DNA of 62,002 nucleotides, filler included, from Basidiobolus meristosporus CBS 931.73 (taxonomy: Eukaryota; Fungi; Basidiobolomycota), in the NCBI GenBank assembly GCA_002104905.1. It is 3 parts of 3 records of this genome, joined end to end, with 100 filler letters (N's around TTAATTAATTAA, not from the genome) between each part and the next. Parts side by side here need not be neighbours in the genome. Positions count along the whole stretch, not along the records: positions 20,446 to 49,721 come from MCFE01000871.1; positions 49,822 to 62,002 come from MCFE01001253.1; 1 more part is not named here. One strand, 5' to 3'. Each line of letters begins with the position of its first letter. Position 1 is the first letter of the stretch. A program made the translations under genes and the position numbers. Under the pieces are notes generated by a model. That model did no database searches and was not told the DNA's origin. It saw nothing but the letters and a program-made list of their open reading frames with translations. Shown in pieces: positions 37,023 to 50,404 of the stretch.

Positions 37023-37550
37023 ATGAGCGCGGAAGCAGATTCAGCAATTCACGACCAAGTTGTGCACCAGGACGAGCGTACCCAGGAGACCAATCGGGTG
37101 ATCCTCATTCCCGTTGACGAGTCACAAAACAGCAGATACGCGATCGAATGGTCCATTGAAAATTTCCTCAGACCGAAGAGTGATATCGTAGTCCTAACGC
37201 ATGTACGGCCCCTGTACGTTAGCAGCGGCACCTTTGCCACTGGTTACGTAGATATGGGTAGCTATGCGACCACCATCGAAGACCAATATCGCGAGGGCAG
37301 CCATCGATTGCTCAAGGAATACGCACATATCTTGAAAGACAAAAATATTCTTTGCAAAGCCATAGCCATGCGTGGCGATGCGAGGGAGGAAATCCTCCGT
37401 AAGGCGGTAGAGCTGAAGGCGGACATGGTGATCATGGGATCTCGTGGCCTGGGCACCCTCAAGAGAGCGCTTCTGGGTAGCGTCAGCGACTACTGTGCCC
37501 ATAACCTACCCATGCCTCTGGTGATTGTAAAGGAGAAGGAAAAGCATTAA
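37023..37550 (+). CDS. Universal stress protein (UspA domain)
   Basis: VILIPVDES..S.YAIEW, GDAREEI, ADMVIMGSRGLGTLKRALLGSVSDYCAHN. Confidence 0.93.
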   Translation: MSAEADSAIHDQVVHQDERTQETNRVILIPVDESQNSRYAIEWSIENFLRPKSDIVVLTHVRPLYVSSGTFATGYVDMGSYATTIEDQYREGSHRLLKEYAHILKDKNILCKAIAMRGDAREEILRKAVELKADMVIMGSRGLGTLKRALLGSVSDYCAHNLPMPLVIVKEKEKH

Positions 37551-38173
37551 GCCAGCTTTGTTTGATAGCCCTTGTAAAGAATCATTTTGTAAACACCCAA
37601 CAATAAATGCCTACTACATTAAATACTATGAACCTCGCTGGATGTTCACGGGATATCTGGAACCACGCTTCCAAACCGCATATCGATCAGCTGTACCACC
37701 CTACAAACTAATACTGAGCACCCGCTCTGGCTGAACCCCCAGGCACCCGATTCATTGCTATAGTTGCATTGGTCATTCCTGTACATACATACGTCATGTT
37801 CCCCAGAGGGCAACTGTATTGCTGTGCGTGCATGCTGGGAGGGGCTAAAGCTTCACGCCACTCGACTTCTTATGAGTAAGCTAACAGCAATCATACTGGC
37901 TCGTTATACAAACAATGCGGCTTAATAGCTCGCCAGCTGAGACCTTGAGGAGCCGAATTGATGCGACCCTCTATTCCTACGGTTTGCGAGCATGTGCTGA
38001 TTTTTGGCGTGTAGATACTGCAGCAGGCCGCAACCCACCATGTACAGCATGCACAGAACGAAAAAACCTCATACGCCCACCGGTATCCTATCAGCGCTCA
38101 CTGGGAAATGAAAAAGTTCAGTTACAAGAAAAAACGTGGCAAGTTTTTTCATGTTTATTCAAAGTGGCAGAGC

Positions 38174-38529
38174 TTAGATCTCGGCAACAGTGAGGGAAGG
38201 AGGAAGAGATTGCTTGAGCTTCTCGGCCTTGTCAAGGTCAGCAACAACAAGGGTGTAAAGATACTTGGAGCATCTGATCTTGAACTTAACTTCAGCACCG
38301 TTCTTCTTGATACGGGCGGATCTGGCGTCCTTGCGGCGAGCGATTTCAAGGAAGTTCTTGATGTCTTGGACTTGCTTAGGCTGTGGAAGAAAAGGGTTAG
38401 CAACTGCTCCGTATCAATCAACTGGCCAGTGTCCATCCATCGTCATTCTTGCTGTTGTGCGATAAACAATCTCAGCGAACGTTCGAGATGTGACCTGAAA
38501 CCGATAGAAATGCTTGAAATGCTAACCAT
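38174..38529 (-). CDS. RPL38: 60S ribosomal protein L38 (eL38)
   Basis: ATG exon at 38529-38527, intron 38526-38381, then [26 protein letters not shown]...[28 protein letters not shown]. Missed by the ORF track. Confidence 0.95.
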
Positions 38530-38820
38530 ATTGAAGAACGGCCAAATAGGTCGATATGTCGAAAGAGAGAGCTTCGTTGCTGTTTGTTCTCAACTTTTAT
38601 TGTTCCTTAAGCCCCTCCTCATGATTCGTTTATCCTTCCAAGTTTGTCCGGGAGGACAGCCAATTATATCAGTTGGTGATCATCAATTTTCAAGTTTTCA
38701 AAATCTAAGGAATATTTATTCGAGAATCAGCACATTCTAGAATATAGTGTTTAGTTCACGTCTATGGTATTAAGATATGATGGGCAATTAAAGAGGCTGG
38801 ACGGGTATGCACGAAAAGAA

Positions 38821-39563
38821 TCACTTGAGGAGTACGGTCTCATCCTTGAGAGTCATGACAAACTAAACAACTGAAGCGTTAGTTTCTACGAAATTGAGTG
38901 GCATTGAGAGAAACCAGTGTTGGGGACTTACGAATTCCTCGAATTTTTTCTCAATCTCGCTCTTCTCGAGTTTGCACTCGGGATGTTTACTAAACTTCTT
39001 GACCACTTTTTTGCGGAGGGCTTTGAGCGATAGGTCGTTTTCCTTCTCCAGGACGCTTCTGATAGCCAGTTTGACAGTCTTGGAGTAGTCCGAGTCAAGC
39101 TTCTTCTCGTCCCACTGATTGTCGCTCTTCTTGGACTTCTTGCTGGGGGTATCTTTCACCTTTTCCTCTTCCTTGCGCTTCTTGGGTGTTTCAACTGGGG
39201 CTTCGTTTTTCTCCTCAGTCACTTTCTTCAAGTCTGCGACGATAGTGGCTGGTTGGGCAGCGGGTTTGGGAGTATTGTTCTGCTTGGGAGTTTGCTGCTT
39301 GTTGGCACCCTTCTTTCCCTTGAAAAGTCCCTTTTCATACTTCTCGGCCTCGCTGATACAAGAGGTATGTTGGCGATACTCTGTCCCCTGGAAAGATACG
39401 TAGCAGTCGATACAAGAATACGAAGCGTAATGGCAGCGGTTGAAGTGGGAGTCGAGTTTATTTTTTTTCAAGGTTTCTTGACAAGTATCACAGACTACAT
39501 AGACAGAGTTAGCATGTGCTGCACTTCGATATACCCCAACACACACTTACCAAAGGAGACCAT
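38821..39563 (-). CDS. LYAR-type C2HC zinc-finger nucleolar protein
   Basis: MVSF|VCDTCQETLKKNKLDSHFNRC...SCIDC...F...YRQHTSCISEAEKY; Lys-rich C-terminus; two introns. Confidence 0.88.
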
Positions 39564-39884
39564 TTTTGGCACGGATTCAAGGAAAAAGAGCAGTTGGTAA
39601 ATCCACTTACTCTCAGGTTTACATATATATGCACATTACATTAACTATACTAATCAATACGCAAGGCGGCTTTTTTTTTCCGCACCATGTTTTTTTTTAT
39701 CCATCATGGCTGTTCATCCAGATCCGGAAGGTTGAGGAGCCGTAGGAGATAAACAACTATTTACTCAACATCCCAGATGACGCTGATTTTTTTTTTTCTG
39801 CGCATTAAGCAAGTTTGATTTATTCTTGAACAAGCGTATCCCCCCTTTTCCAAGTACCACTGCTTGAGTCAATATACCATAGAC

Positions 39885-41589
39885 ATGGCTGCATCCGGAA
39901 AACTCTGTCAAGGCATCGATTGTCAAAACCCTGCCAAGTTGCAGTGCCCCACCTGCCTCAAACTTAACATTGAGGATTCCTACTTCTGCTCTCAAGAATG
40001 TTTCAAGAAGAACTGGCCAACTCACAAGTCGGTCCACAAGAGCGTTCTCCAAGGTATTCAACCTGTTGCTGCGTGAATCGGTTCTCGCTTCTAACCTTGC
40101 TGAAATATCAGAAACCACCAACCCTTGGCCTGGTCACCATTACACCGGCAAATTGAGACCTCACTATCCTTTATCACCTAAGCGTGAGCTTCCAGAGCAC
40201 ATCAAGAGACCAGACTATGCCGACAAGGCAGACGGTATTGTATGAGTTTATGGTAATCAACTAGGAATAGCTTCTAAATGAGGACAATCTAGGTGCCCCT
40301 GGATACGGACCTGGTGGCTGGGCTTCGACCAAAATCGCTCCTCTCACCGATCCTTCCGATATCGAGAAAATGAGAACCGTATGCAGGGTATGTATTGTAT
40401 TGTGCTCCTATTTTCGTTCCTTTGCTTACGGTGTTTGGTGCGAAGCTCGCTCGTGAGGTATTGGATATTGCCGGTAGAGCTGTCAGACCAGGCATCACCA
40501 CTGACGAGATTGGTTAGTAGTCAGCATATAACTAGCATTGTTATTGGCACGTGTGTTTACCTTCAGTTCAATAGACAAAATCGTTCACGAAGCATGCATT
40601 GAGCGTAACGCTTACCCATCTCCCTTGAACTACCACCGATTCCCCAAGTCTTGCTGCACGTAAGTATTCAGTAGCAAATGGCGAGGCCAAGGCTAACCGA
40701 TGTATCCATCAGCTCCATCAACGAGGTTATTTGCCACGGTATTCCCGATCGTCGTCCTTTGGAGGACGGTGATATCATCAACATTGATGTTACCCTCTAC
40801 CACGATGGATTCCACGGTGACTTGAATGAAACTTATTTCGTTGGAAATGTCGACGAAAAGGGCAAGAAGCTTGTCAAGGTCACTATGGAATGCTTGGAAA
40901 AAGCCATCGCTATTGGTTGGTAGATCTCATTCACATAGCCCAGTCCCACTCTAACCAGTATCCTTCGCTAGCCAAGCCCGGCACCCTGTATCGTGACATT
41001 GGTGGGGTCATTGACAAGCATGCCAGAAGCAATGGATTCTCCGTCGTCAGAACGTATTGTGGCCACGGTATCAACCAGTAAGTTTCTGTCAGCGCTATGA
41101 ACAAGCTGGCGATACTAACGAATGTCTTAGATTCTTCCATTGTGCTCCCAACGTTCCGCATTATGCCAGTGAGTTGGTTTCAATCTCCCCACGTCTCAAC
41201 CGGATCTAAGACATCGTTTGATTTATTTAGAAAACAAGGCAGTTGGTGTCATGAAGCCTGGTCATACATTCACCATTGAGCCTATGATCTCCGAAGGTAA
41301 AACACAAACGCGCTCTTCTAGCTAACGTCAGAGTATTCACCATCGTTCCTTAACATCAGGTGTGTGGCAAGACGAGCAGTGGCCCGATGAGTGGACCGCT
41401 GTCACCGCCGATGGCAAGCGCTCCGCTCAGTTCGAGCAGACCTTGCTCATCACTGAGACTGGTTGTGAGATTTTGTAAGTCCCCCACTGTTGCCGTGCAT
41501 TTGCTACGCAACGAGCTAATCAACTCGAATCATCTAGGACCCGCCGCTTGGCCGACTCCCCTTATTCTGTCCCCAGCACCCTTCAATAG
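39885..41589 (+). CDS. MAP1: Methionine aminopeptidase 1, multi-exon
   Basis: N-terminal zinc finger CPTCLK...[13 protein letters not shown]; FPKSCCT|[48 protein letters not shown]. Confidence 0.96.
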
Positions 41590-42360
41590 TCTCCCCAACT
41601 GTTGATCACCCTCTTTAAGGATCCATCCAATAAAGTAGAAAACATCCATAGATTTGTTACCTACTGCACGTCATCGTTCCAGAATGGTTGGGTGGATTGT
41701 TACGGAATATCCTGTCGGTATCCCGCGCTCTCAGTTGCTTAGTCCATCACAATCCCGTTATAACAACGTAGAACAGAGCGAGAAACAGGCTACCGAAGTA
41801 ATACCAAATTCCACCGGCTTCAATGGTGGGAAATTAGGGCTTCTTAGGAACCGGAGTGAGAATCAGCCACCGTGGAAAAGCAATGGTTACCCAGGAAGGT
41901 TACTGGATAGATGCAGGCTCTTTATAGAAGCCCATGGTAACGTGCCTCTACTGTGGTAATTAATATAGAGTAAAAAAGGTCATATCAAACGTTATACAGG
42001 CTTTGAGGGAGAGGAAAATTTCGGAATTCGCTCAGTATGTTGCAGCATTTACTTGTATTATCTAGCTTGCGATATTGGATAAACCTAGTAGTGGGGTGGT
42101 CGTTACACCGTTTCTCGCATTGATTATCATTTTCGTAACGCCGCCAGGCTCCAGCGAGCAGAGCTCAATTTATTTCACTCGATCAAATGGGTTGTGTGTA
42201 CGACCAGAATTAATCCATTATAGAATATTACCAAAACCGACCACAACTGATTAAGTTGTATCACTCGATGGAAAATGGCTCGTGTAAGCTCCCTACCACT
42301 ATAAATTCTTACGATGATGCCCACTCATACGGTGTCCATACAGACTATTGTTTACTAGAG

Positions 42361-43895
42361 ATGTCTTCCTACCGTTCTAGTTATACTGTGCGCTCGAGAG
42401 CCTCCAGGGTTGCTGAGGGGGTCCTCTCTTCATCTCATAGAAGCAGCACACTTCACCTTCTAGCCAATGCATTCCCCGAGTAAGTCACCAACCCAGCATC
42501 GCCTCGAAGTTCCACGAGCTAACATGAGTTGTACATTGTAGTGCTGAGGATATTGTTGGCGAGGACTATCTGCGGCCCTCAGAATGCAGTATGTGCCTTC
42601 CGACCTCCTCCCAAGAAGGCTTTCTGGCTCCCGAGACAATCAACCCTGATGAAAAAACTTCTCTGCTCCAGGACCCACACGGCATGGACCTTTTGGACGA
42701 ACCAACAAGCACCTTCTCCCAATCCGTATTCAACGCCGTGAATGTGTTGATGGGCCTTGCGATTTTATCGTTGCCGTATGCATTCAAGATTACCGGCTGG
42801 GTGCTTGGCTTGTTCATGCTACTGGTGTTTTGCCTGCTGACCCGCTACACCGCCATTTTGCTCCGCAAATGTCTGGACCTAGATCCGTCAATGCTTTCGC
42901 TTTCCGATGTAGGACATGCCGCATTTGGAAACAAAGGAAGAATTGGGATGGCTGTCCTATTGGTTGCTGAGCTCTTAGCTACCAGTGTGGCACTGTTGAT
43001 GGTTCTCGCCGACTCCATCCATGCATTGTATCCCAACTTGGACTTGAACTTACTGAAGGTGATTGGTATTCTTGTTCTGATCCCCTCCACCTGGGTTCCG
43101 CTCGGCATCTTGGCGTACACCTCCATCATCGGTATCATCTCCACCATTGCTCTGGTCGTTGTGGTTATCATCAACGGCCTTTCCACCACGGTGTCGCCAG
43201 GCTCGCTGCTTGTCCCAGCACCGACCAACCTCTGGCCCACCATGCCGATGTCGATTCCCATCAGCTTCGGTCTCTTGATGGCCGGGTTCGCGGGACATGC
43301 AGTGTTCGCCAGCATCTATCGCGACATGAAGTGCCCCGAGCGATTCCCCGCCGTGCTCAGATACTCGTATATGATCACATCCGTCGTGTATGTCGTGATG
43401 GCCGGTGGAGGCTATTTGATTTTTGGTAGCTCCGTCCAGCACGAAGTCATCGTGAACCTGGTGAACAATCCCCACTACAACCAGTTCCTCACACGCCTCG
43501 TGGTCTGGACCGTCGTGCTCAACCCCATCAGCAAGTTTGGACTCACCCTCAACCCGGCCAACCTGATCCTGGAGGTGTTCTTCAGCAACGCGCCGTTCAA
43601 CCTCAACATCAGAGCATCGAAGGCCCGTCGGATCGTGTTCCGCACCATGCTGTGCCTGTTTGTGTGTCTGGTGGCGATCTTGATCCCCGGGTTCCACCGC
43701 GTCATGGCCTTGCTGGGATCGTTCTCGTGCTTTACTATTTCGGCCATCTTCCCGATCATATGCCATCTCAAGCTATTCGGTAACCGCTTGTCACCGGCCC
43801 AGAAGACCTTAGACTGGTTCCTTGTAATCTTGTGCAGTATTCTTGCTCTCACTGGGACCGTGTGGTCGTTCCTTCCTGAGGAACTTCTCCAGTGA
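42361..43895 (+). CDS. Amino-acid transporter (Aa_trans / vacuolar AVT1-like), copy 1
   Basis: STFSQSVFNAVNVLMGLAILSLPYAF, FAGHAVFASIYRDM, NPISKFGLTLNP; one 5' intron (GTAAGT at ~42480). Confidence 0.92.
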
Positions 43896-44586
43896 GTTGT
43901 ATCATCAGCCATAGTCATAGCCATAACCGTAACCATAAGCCTAATATCGTCATACAGTTTCCACACATCACGCTTGTTTCATAAGTTTTCTTTGTGGTGT
44001 CGCTTGTACGTTTTCAATTTTCCCTTTTACATAAACTGCCTAATATTTTTCAGCAAAAGCCTCTTAGTCCAACTAACTCGGCTATCTTGGGCGATCGAGC
44101 CAATGGCCAACTAGGTCATGGTATCCCGTTCAGTACAAGCCGAGTGTGTGGAGCTGCATGACCTGTAACTCTATAGTGAATCTCCTGGCAAGGCAATCAT
44201 TAAGCCGGATTGGTGCACGTGCAGGGATTGGTATCGGCACAGTTGTAAGTGCCAACCACCTAACAGGAAGGTTTCCAATGAGCACTCCACCCATTCATGT
44301 ATGAGCATGTCGCTACCATGGGCATGTGATCTTGGAAATAAGGTTATAATTCGCTCCCTTTCCACCCACTGATCCACCATCCGCACACTATTTCTTCCCT
44401 GACCAACATCAGGATGATTTCAATTTTACCTCATTGTCGATTTTCGATTTGGGTTAAATATACCACAGGAATGGACATATGATCCCTATATAACAAGCGA
44501 GGCCTTCGAGTCGATAATTTGCTTCACGCGTCATTTATTTCGATAAGTAGATCACGCTTTTCAATTTTCTCAACACCACAGCAATC

Positions 44587-46132
44587 ATGTCTTCCTACAA
44601 ATCGACCTACACCATTAGGTCGGCTCGCTCAAGAGCCTCTAGGGCAGTGGACAGCGCCTTATCCACCTCCCATAGGAGTTCTACTCTGCAGCTTCTTGCC
44701 ACCGCCTTTCCTGAGTAAGTGCTTTCAGAGACAGTGCTGGACAATTGGCCGTTCCTTGATGACTAATCTACTTCTCAGCCCCGAGGATATTGTAGGTGAG
44801 GAATATCTGCGGCCCACAGAATGTACCATGGGCCTTCCAACCACTTCAGAGCAGGTGGCCGAGCCCTCGCAAATGAAGAACCCGGAAACAAAGCCGTTGC
44901 TACCTATCCAGGACGAGTGCGAAGTATTTGACGAGCCTACAAGTACCTTTTCTCAGTCAGTTTTCAACGCCGTGAATGTCCTTATGGGACTTGGCATCCT
45001 CTCTCTGCCATATGGCTTCAAGATCACTGGCTGGGTGCTCGGTTTATTCATGCTACTTGTGTTCTGCTTGTTGACCCGCTACACCGCCATTTTACTACGC
45101 AAATGCCTAGACCTGAACCCGTCCATGATATCGCTTTCCGATGTGGGGTACGCGGCTTTTGGGAACAAAGGCAGAGTTGTCATGGCAGTTTTATTGGTGA
45201 CTGAGCTACTTGCGGCTAGTGTGGCACTACTAATGGTGTTTGCTGACTCGATTCAGGCACTATACCCCACATTGAACCTGAACATGCTCAAGGTTATAGG
45301 GGTAATAGTTTTGATCCCCTCCACCTGGGTTCCGCTCGGCATCTTGGCGTACACCTCCATCATCGGTATCATCTCCACCATTGCTCTGGTCGTTGTGGTT
45401 ATCATCAACGGCCTTTCCACCACGGTGTCGCCAGGCTCGCTGCTTGTCCCAGCACCGACCAATCTCTGGCCCACCATGCCGATGTCGATTCCCATCAGCT
45501 TCGGCCTCTTGATGGCCGGGTTCGCGGGACATGCAGTGTTCGCCAGCATCTATCGCGACATGAAGTGCCCCGAGCGATTCCCCGCCGTGCTCAGATACTC
45601 GTATACGATCACGACTGTCATTTATCTCGTAATGGCCGGTGGAGGCTATTTAATGTTTGGTAGCTCCGTTCATCACGAAATCATCGTGAACCTGGTGAAC
45701 AATCCCCACTACAACCAGTTCCTCACACGTCTCGTGGTCTGGACCGTCGTGCTCAACCCCATCAGCAAGTTTGGACTCACCCTCAACCCGGCCAACCTGA
45801 TCCTGGAGGTGTTCTTCAGCAACGCGCCGTTCAACCTCAACATCAGAGCATCGAAGGCCCGTCGGATCGTGTTCCGCACCATGCTGTGCCTGTTTGTGTG
45901 TCTGGTGGCGATCTTGATCCCCGGGTTCCACCGCGTCATGGCCTTGCTGGGATCGTTCTCGTGCTTTACCATATCAGCCATTCTACCCCTGGCTTGCCAC
46001 CTCCAGTTGTTCAAAGAGCAACTAGGAAGAAAGCAAAAATTCCTCGATTGGGCACTCATCATCATCTGCGCGATCTTGGCAGTGGTGGGCACGGTTTGGA
46101 CCTTCCTTCCCAGCGAATGGATTGAATCGTAG
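44587..46132 (+). CDS. Amino-acid transporter (Aa_trans / vacuolar AVT1-like), tandem copy 2
   Basis: Same motifs and same intron position; starts ATGTCTTCCTAC like copy 1. Confidence 0.92.
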
Positions 46133-46570
46133 ATGAAACCTCGCGCCAGTCCATCTCCATCTCCAGCCCCAACCCCACCATCTACATTCACATTGTACAT
46201 ATTGAAAACAACACATGTGGCAGAGGGAACTATCCCCACGCCTTCTATTCTATTCCAGTTGGCGCACGTAGCCTGACATACAATAAACCTGATTACCCTG
46301 TCTTATCGGCACTGCTGGCACCTCCTTTCTTATATGCACCGTTGGCGCACGTGCTCCGAGCTATTGGTGGGGTGCGCTGATGGATGCAAGATGCCTTGGT
46401 GATTCACGGATGGATGAACAATGCGGCCTCCGGGCGGGGCCACCATACAAGCGTAAGACATACACCAAAAAGGGAATTTATTTCAGAGAAACGGTAAAAG
46501 TAGTTCAGTTAAGAAATACAAGTATATGAGTGTCGGGTAAAAGTGATCATTGCAAGGGAAACCACGCAAT

Positions 46571-47125
46571 TTATTGGCGGCTGGCGACCAATCTCTTGCG
46601 AGCCAATTGGCGCTTGTTGAGCTTGGGTCCCTTAGAACCATCGTCTTCGCGCTTGACAGTAGAGTCCTCCTCGGACACGATGATCTCGATGTGGCAAGGA
46701 GAGCTCATGTAGGGGTTGATTCTACCGTGAGCGCGGTAGGTACGTCTACGTTGCTTGGGTGCTTGGTTGACTTGGATGTGCTTAACAATCAAGGCCTCAG
46801 TTTCCAAACCCTTGTTCTCGGCGTTGCTCTCGGCATTCTTGAGGAGACCCAACAAGAACTCGGCGGACTTGACGGGCCAGCGACCCTTGGTGGTGTTGAA
46901 AGCCTTGGCTTGGGCGCAACGACCAATACCACCGGCGAAACGGCGGAAAGGAATGCATTGCTTGTGGGCCTTGACATCCTCGAGGTAAGTGATGGCCTTT
47001 TGCAATTTCATACCGGAGATGGCAGCAGCAGCCTCACGGGTGTTCTTGAAGTGAACACGGAGGTAGGAACCGCGGGTTTGAGCGGACTTAGCACTGTTAG
47101 CAGGAGTGGCAGAGTATCTGACCAT
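46571..47125 (-). CDS. RPL17: 60S ribosomal protein L17 (uL22)
   Basis: MVRYS...[14 protein letters not shown]...[22 protein letters not shown]...[22 protein letters not shown]. Confidence 0.98.
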   Translation of the reverse strand: MVRYSATPANSAKSAQTRGSYLRVHFKNTREAAAAISGMKLQKAITYLEDVKAHKQCIPFRRFAGGIGRCAQAKAFNTTKGRWPVKSAEFLLGLLKNAESNAENKGLETEALIVKHIQVNQAPKQRRRTYRAHGRINPYMSSPCHIEIIVSEEDSTVKREDDGSKGPKLNKRQLARKRLVASRQ

Positions 47126-47654
47126 ATTAACTTACTGACCTAGAAGGTAGGGCAAGGGCTTTAGTAAAACTGGATGGATGGAAACGTGGGCGGTGGGTGA
47201 GCTGCATTGGGAAGAAATCACCCGCTTCTATACTCGTTATCTACTTACCTACAAGGCGATGCTCGAATGGTATGGACAGTGGAAAGAGGGTGAAGCGATG
47301 TCCATCATAGAGACTATATCTGACACTAGCTCGAAAATTTCTGTATTTTCACTGGCCCAAAAGAATCAGGGGCAGTGGAAAATTTTCATTTTCATCTCTG
47401 ACCGAACATTGCGAAACGGTCTATTCCGGTACACACGAGCCATGTTATGAGATCCAAGTGTGGTGAAGCTTGATTGGGTAGATTAGGTACTTTGTAAAGA
47501 TCATCCGATGGGCTATATTGCTGGACTTGCATTTCACAGTCCATCAAGTTGCTGACTTCAAAGGGCATTCACTCGACGCCCGTGGATACTATTAGTCCCA
47601 GAGCTTACTGACAAATCTCACACGCGAGCTAAACATTCCGTCGATTTTTAAGAA

Positions 47655-49721
47655 ATGAAGATATCGTGCAAAAGCTGCACGTTACTTCTGCTGCTTATAG
47701 GTAATGAGATCCCCCCCGTATCTTCGTAGCTTTAGTGTTGTTCACTGATATTGTTCCTTCTGGCGCACCAGGCTGTACGATTTCGAGTCATGCCGAGGAT
47801 GAGAGCATAGAGACTCCTAGGGAAGTTTCCTTCGAGGACGCTAAACCAAATATCAGCCCCTACGATCAAGCCATGGCCCTATTGAAGTCCATGCCCAAAG
47901 ATCGGGTGACGTTCAAAAGATCGAAACCCATCACCAATGGATTATTTCAAAGTCAATTCCAGAAGCTCACTACTTTCCTATACAACCGCATATTCCATTC
48001 CGAGAACGGCGATTCCCTCCGTAAAGCACCTCACCCGAAACTCCAACAAGCCGCCGCGTTGTTAGAGGCCGAGGCCAAGCTCGGCAATGCCGACGCAATC
48101 TTTACCCTCGCCGAGCTGAACTTTGTACGTGCCAACCGAGTGCTACTCTGTGGCCTGTTCGTGCCTTCTCGTTTCATTCACGACTAATCACTGCCCCCTT
48201 GCATTTCAGTTTTCCTATTACGACTATCCTCGAAACCTCAAACTCGCCTTCGATTATTATTCCCAACTGGCCTCAGAGAAGGGCAACGCCACGGCTCAGA
48301 GAATGGTTGGCTTCATGTTCGCCACCGGGATCGGCAACGTGGTCGAGAGAGATCAGGGCAAAGTAAGTACAGTCTCGGATAGGCCCTTGTTGAACAGCCT
48401 CCCCCTTAACGATTGACATCTCGTCAGGCTTTGCTTTATTCTACCTTCGCTGCGTCGGGCGGGGATTATGAGGCACAGATGATGGTGGGCTTCCGTTATC
48501 TCATGGGCATCGGAGCCTCCAATAACTGTGAGAAAGCTGTGGAGCAATACAAGAAAGTGGCCGATAAAGGTCAGTATCAATGCAGTAGTGGTGGAATTCC
48601 CGGGCGACTAAACATTCTGCTCAGCTATGGAGTACTATCATTCCGGTGCTTCGAATAGACGGGTCCCTCCTTCTCCCAAGATACGCCTACCTGACGAGCA
48701 TGGGGGTATTTATGGATACGCGCACAACGGAGGAAGTATCCATCGGGATCCTTCAGAGGTGGAGGATATCTTACAGTACACTCGGGAACTTGCCGAGCGC
48801 GGGGATATCCAGGCGCAAATCAGTCTGGCTCACATCTACTACAGCGGCGGCCATCACATTGAGCGGAACTACCGGAAGGCCTATAGGTACTATTACGATG
48901 TGGCCAATAGCCAGGTCAGGGATGCGTCGGATACAGAAACCAGCAAACTCATTGCTCAAGCCCGCGGGATGTTGGGGGAGATGTTTCGTCGTGGAGAGGG
49001 TGTCACGCAAGATGACGAGACTGCCTACGAATGGTACATACGAGGCGTACAACTGGTGAGTTAGTGTTTAGGTTACGTAATGCTTTGGATGCTAAGCATT
49101 TCCTAGGAGAGTCCTATCGCCAACAATGGCCTAGGTGACATGTATTTGAAGGGGGTTGTAGTTGCCGAGGTAATCTTCCATTCCAGCATGGCTCTTCTGA
49201 TGTTAATTCTAACAAACCGCGTCCATCCCCAAAGGATGCCGAACAAGCCAAGAAATATTTCGAAGTAGCCTCGTCAATGGGCTACCCTGAAGCCCATGTC
49301 AACCTCGGCCTGTTGCATCTGAGTAAGTGAAGACTGGGGAGTGTGAAATGTCCTGGAGGTGAACTCACATAGCTGCAATACATAGAGGCACCACAGCCAG
49401 ACTACGCAAATGCCTACGCGCTATTCCTCAAAGCCTACGAAGGACACTATGTCCCCGCCTATTATCATCTGGCCGAGCTTATCCGCAAGGGGCATGTGGA
49501 GCAGCCTTGCTCAACTGTAGTGACTGTAAGTGCATCCTCGGATGGAATTCACCTTTGAACACCGAACTAAGTGGGCATTAGCTTTACAAAAATTTCGTGG
49601 AGCGAATGGACTGGTTACATTCGCCATTTCCAGACGCTCACCGTGCCTACAAGAAGGGTGATATCGAGACGGCATTCTTGCGGTATCTGATGGCCGCTGA
49701 GATGGGCTATGAGATCGGACA
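47655..49721 (+). CDS. HRD3: Sel1-repeat ERAD component Hrd3/SEL1L-like, multi-exon, truncated at contig end
   Basis: Signal-peptide-like start; GNADAIFTLAELNF, GNATAQRMVGFMFATGIG, AQMMVGFRYLMGIG, GDIQAQISLAHIYYSGG, FYKNFVERMDW; YLMAAEMGYE at the break. Confidence 0.88.
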
Positions 49722-49821
49722 NNNNNNNNNNNNNNNNNNNNNNNNNNNNNNNNNNNNNNNNNNNNTTAATTAATTAANNNNNNNNNNNNNNNNNNNNNNN
49801 NNNNNNNNNNNNNNNNNNNNN
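49722..49821. other. Artificial contig spacer (six-frame stop linker)
   Basis: 44 N + TTAATTAATTAA + 44 N. Confidence 0.97.
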
Positions 49822-49857
49822 AACTGTGCCCTGCTGTTGATGCAAAAAAGGCTCTCG

Positions 49858-49983
49858 TTAGGAAACATCGGATCTCTTCTTCTGTAGTGCTGGAGCGGCT
49901 TAGGAAACATCGGATCTCTTCTTCTGTAGTGCTGGAGCGGCTTAGGAAACATCGGATCTCTTCTTCTGTAGTGCTGGAGCGGC
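49858..49983. repeat. 42-bp tandem repeat x3
   Basis: taggaaacatcggatctcttcttctgtagtgctggagcggct; in frame on the minus strand (SRSSTTEEEIRCFL x3). Confidence 0.97.
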
Positions 49984-50296
49984 AAATCATTATTTGCCAT
50001 GGCTGTGAATACTGTTTACAGTTCACAAACAGCGATATTACGATGTTTGGTATCGGCTGGCGCAGGCAACTACGAACAACTTTCCCGGCTGAACAATATC
50101 CAGTGTGGACTGTGGCATGCTGTATGGACGGTTTTCGGAAGGTCGCCAAGGACATCCCTCAAACGACTCCCAATATACGAAAGGATAAGTGAGTAATTTT
50201 CAGCCACGAGGAGTGCATGATCGAAAGATGGCGCTTTCGGGTGGTAGAATCGAAGTAGATCGTGGCATTTAGTCGGAATATCAGCATCGCCTGGGT

Positions 50297-50404
50297 AACA
50301 ATTTGATAGAAGTACTGGTAAAAGATCAGGAAAACAATTTGATAGAAGTACTGGTAAAAGATCAGGAAAACAATTTGATAGAAGTACTGGTAAAAGATCA
50401 GGAA
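50297..50404. repeat. 36-bp tandem repeat x3
   Basis: aacaatttgatagaagtactggtaaaagatcaggaa; in frame on the minus strand (FLIFYQYFYQIV x3). Confidence 0.97.

Noticed and set aside
38381-38526. Longer-than-usual RPL38 intron as a snoRNA host
   Set aside because: A C-box-like ATGACGA is present but the only CTGA lies upstream of it; no convincing H/ACA layout.
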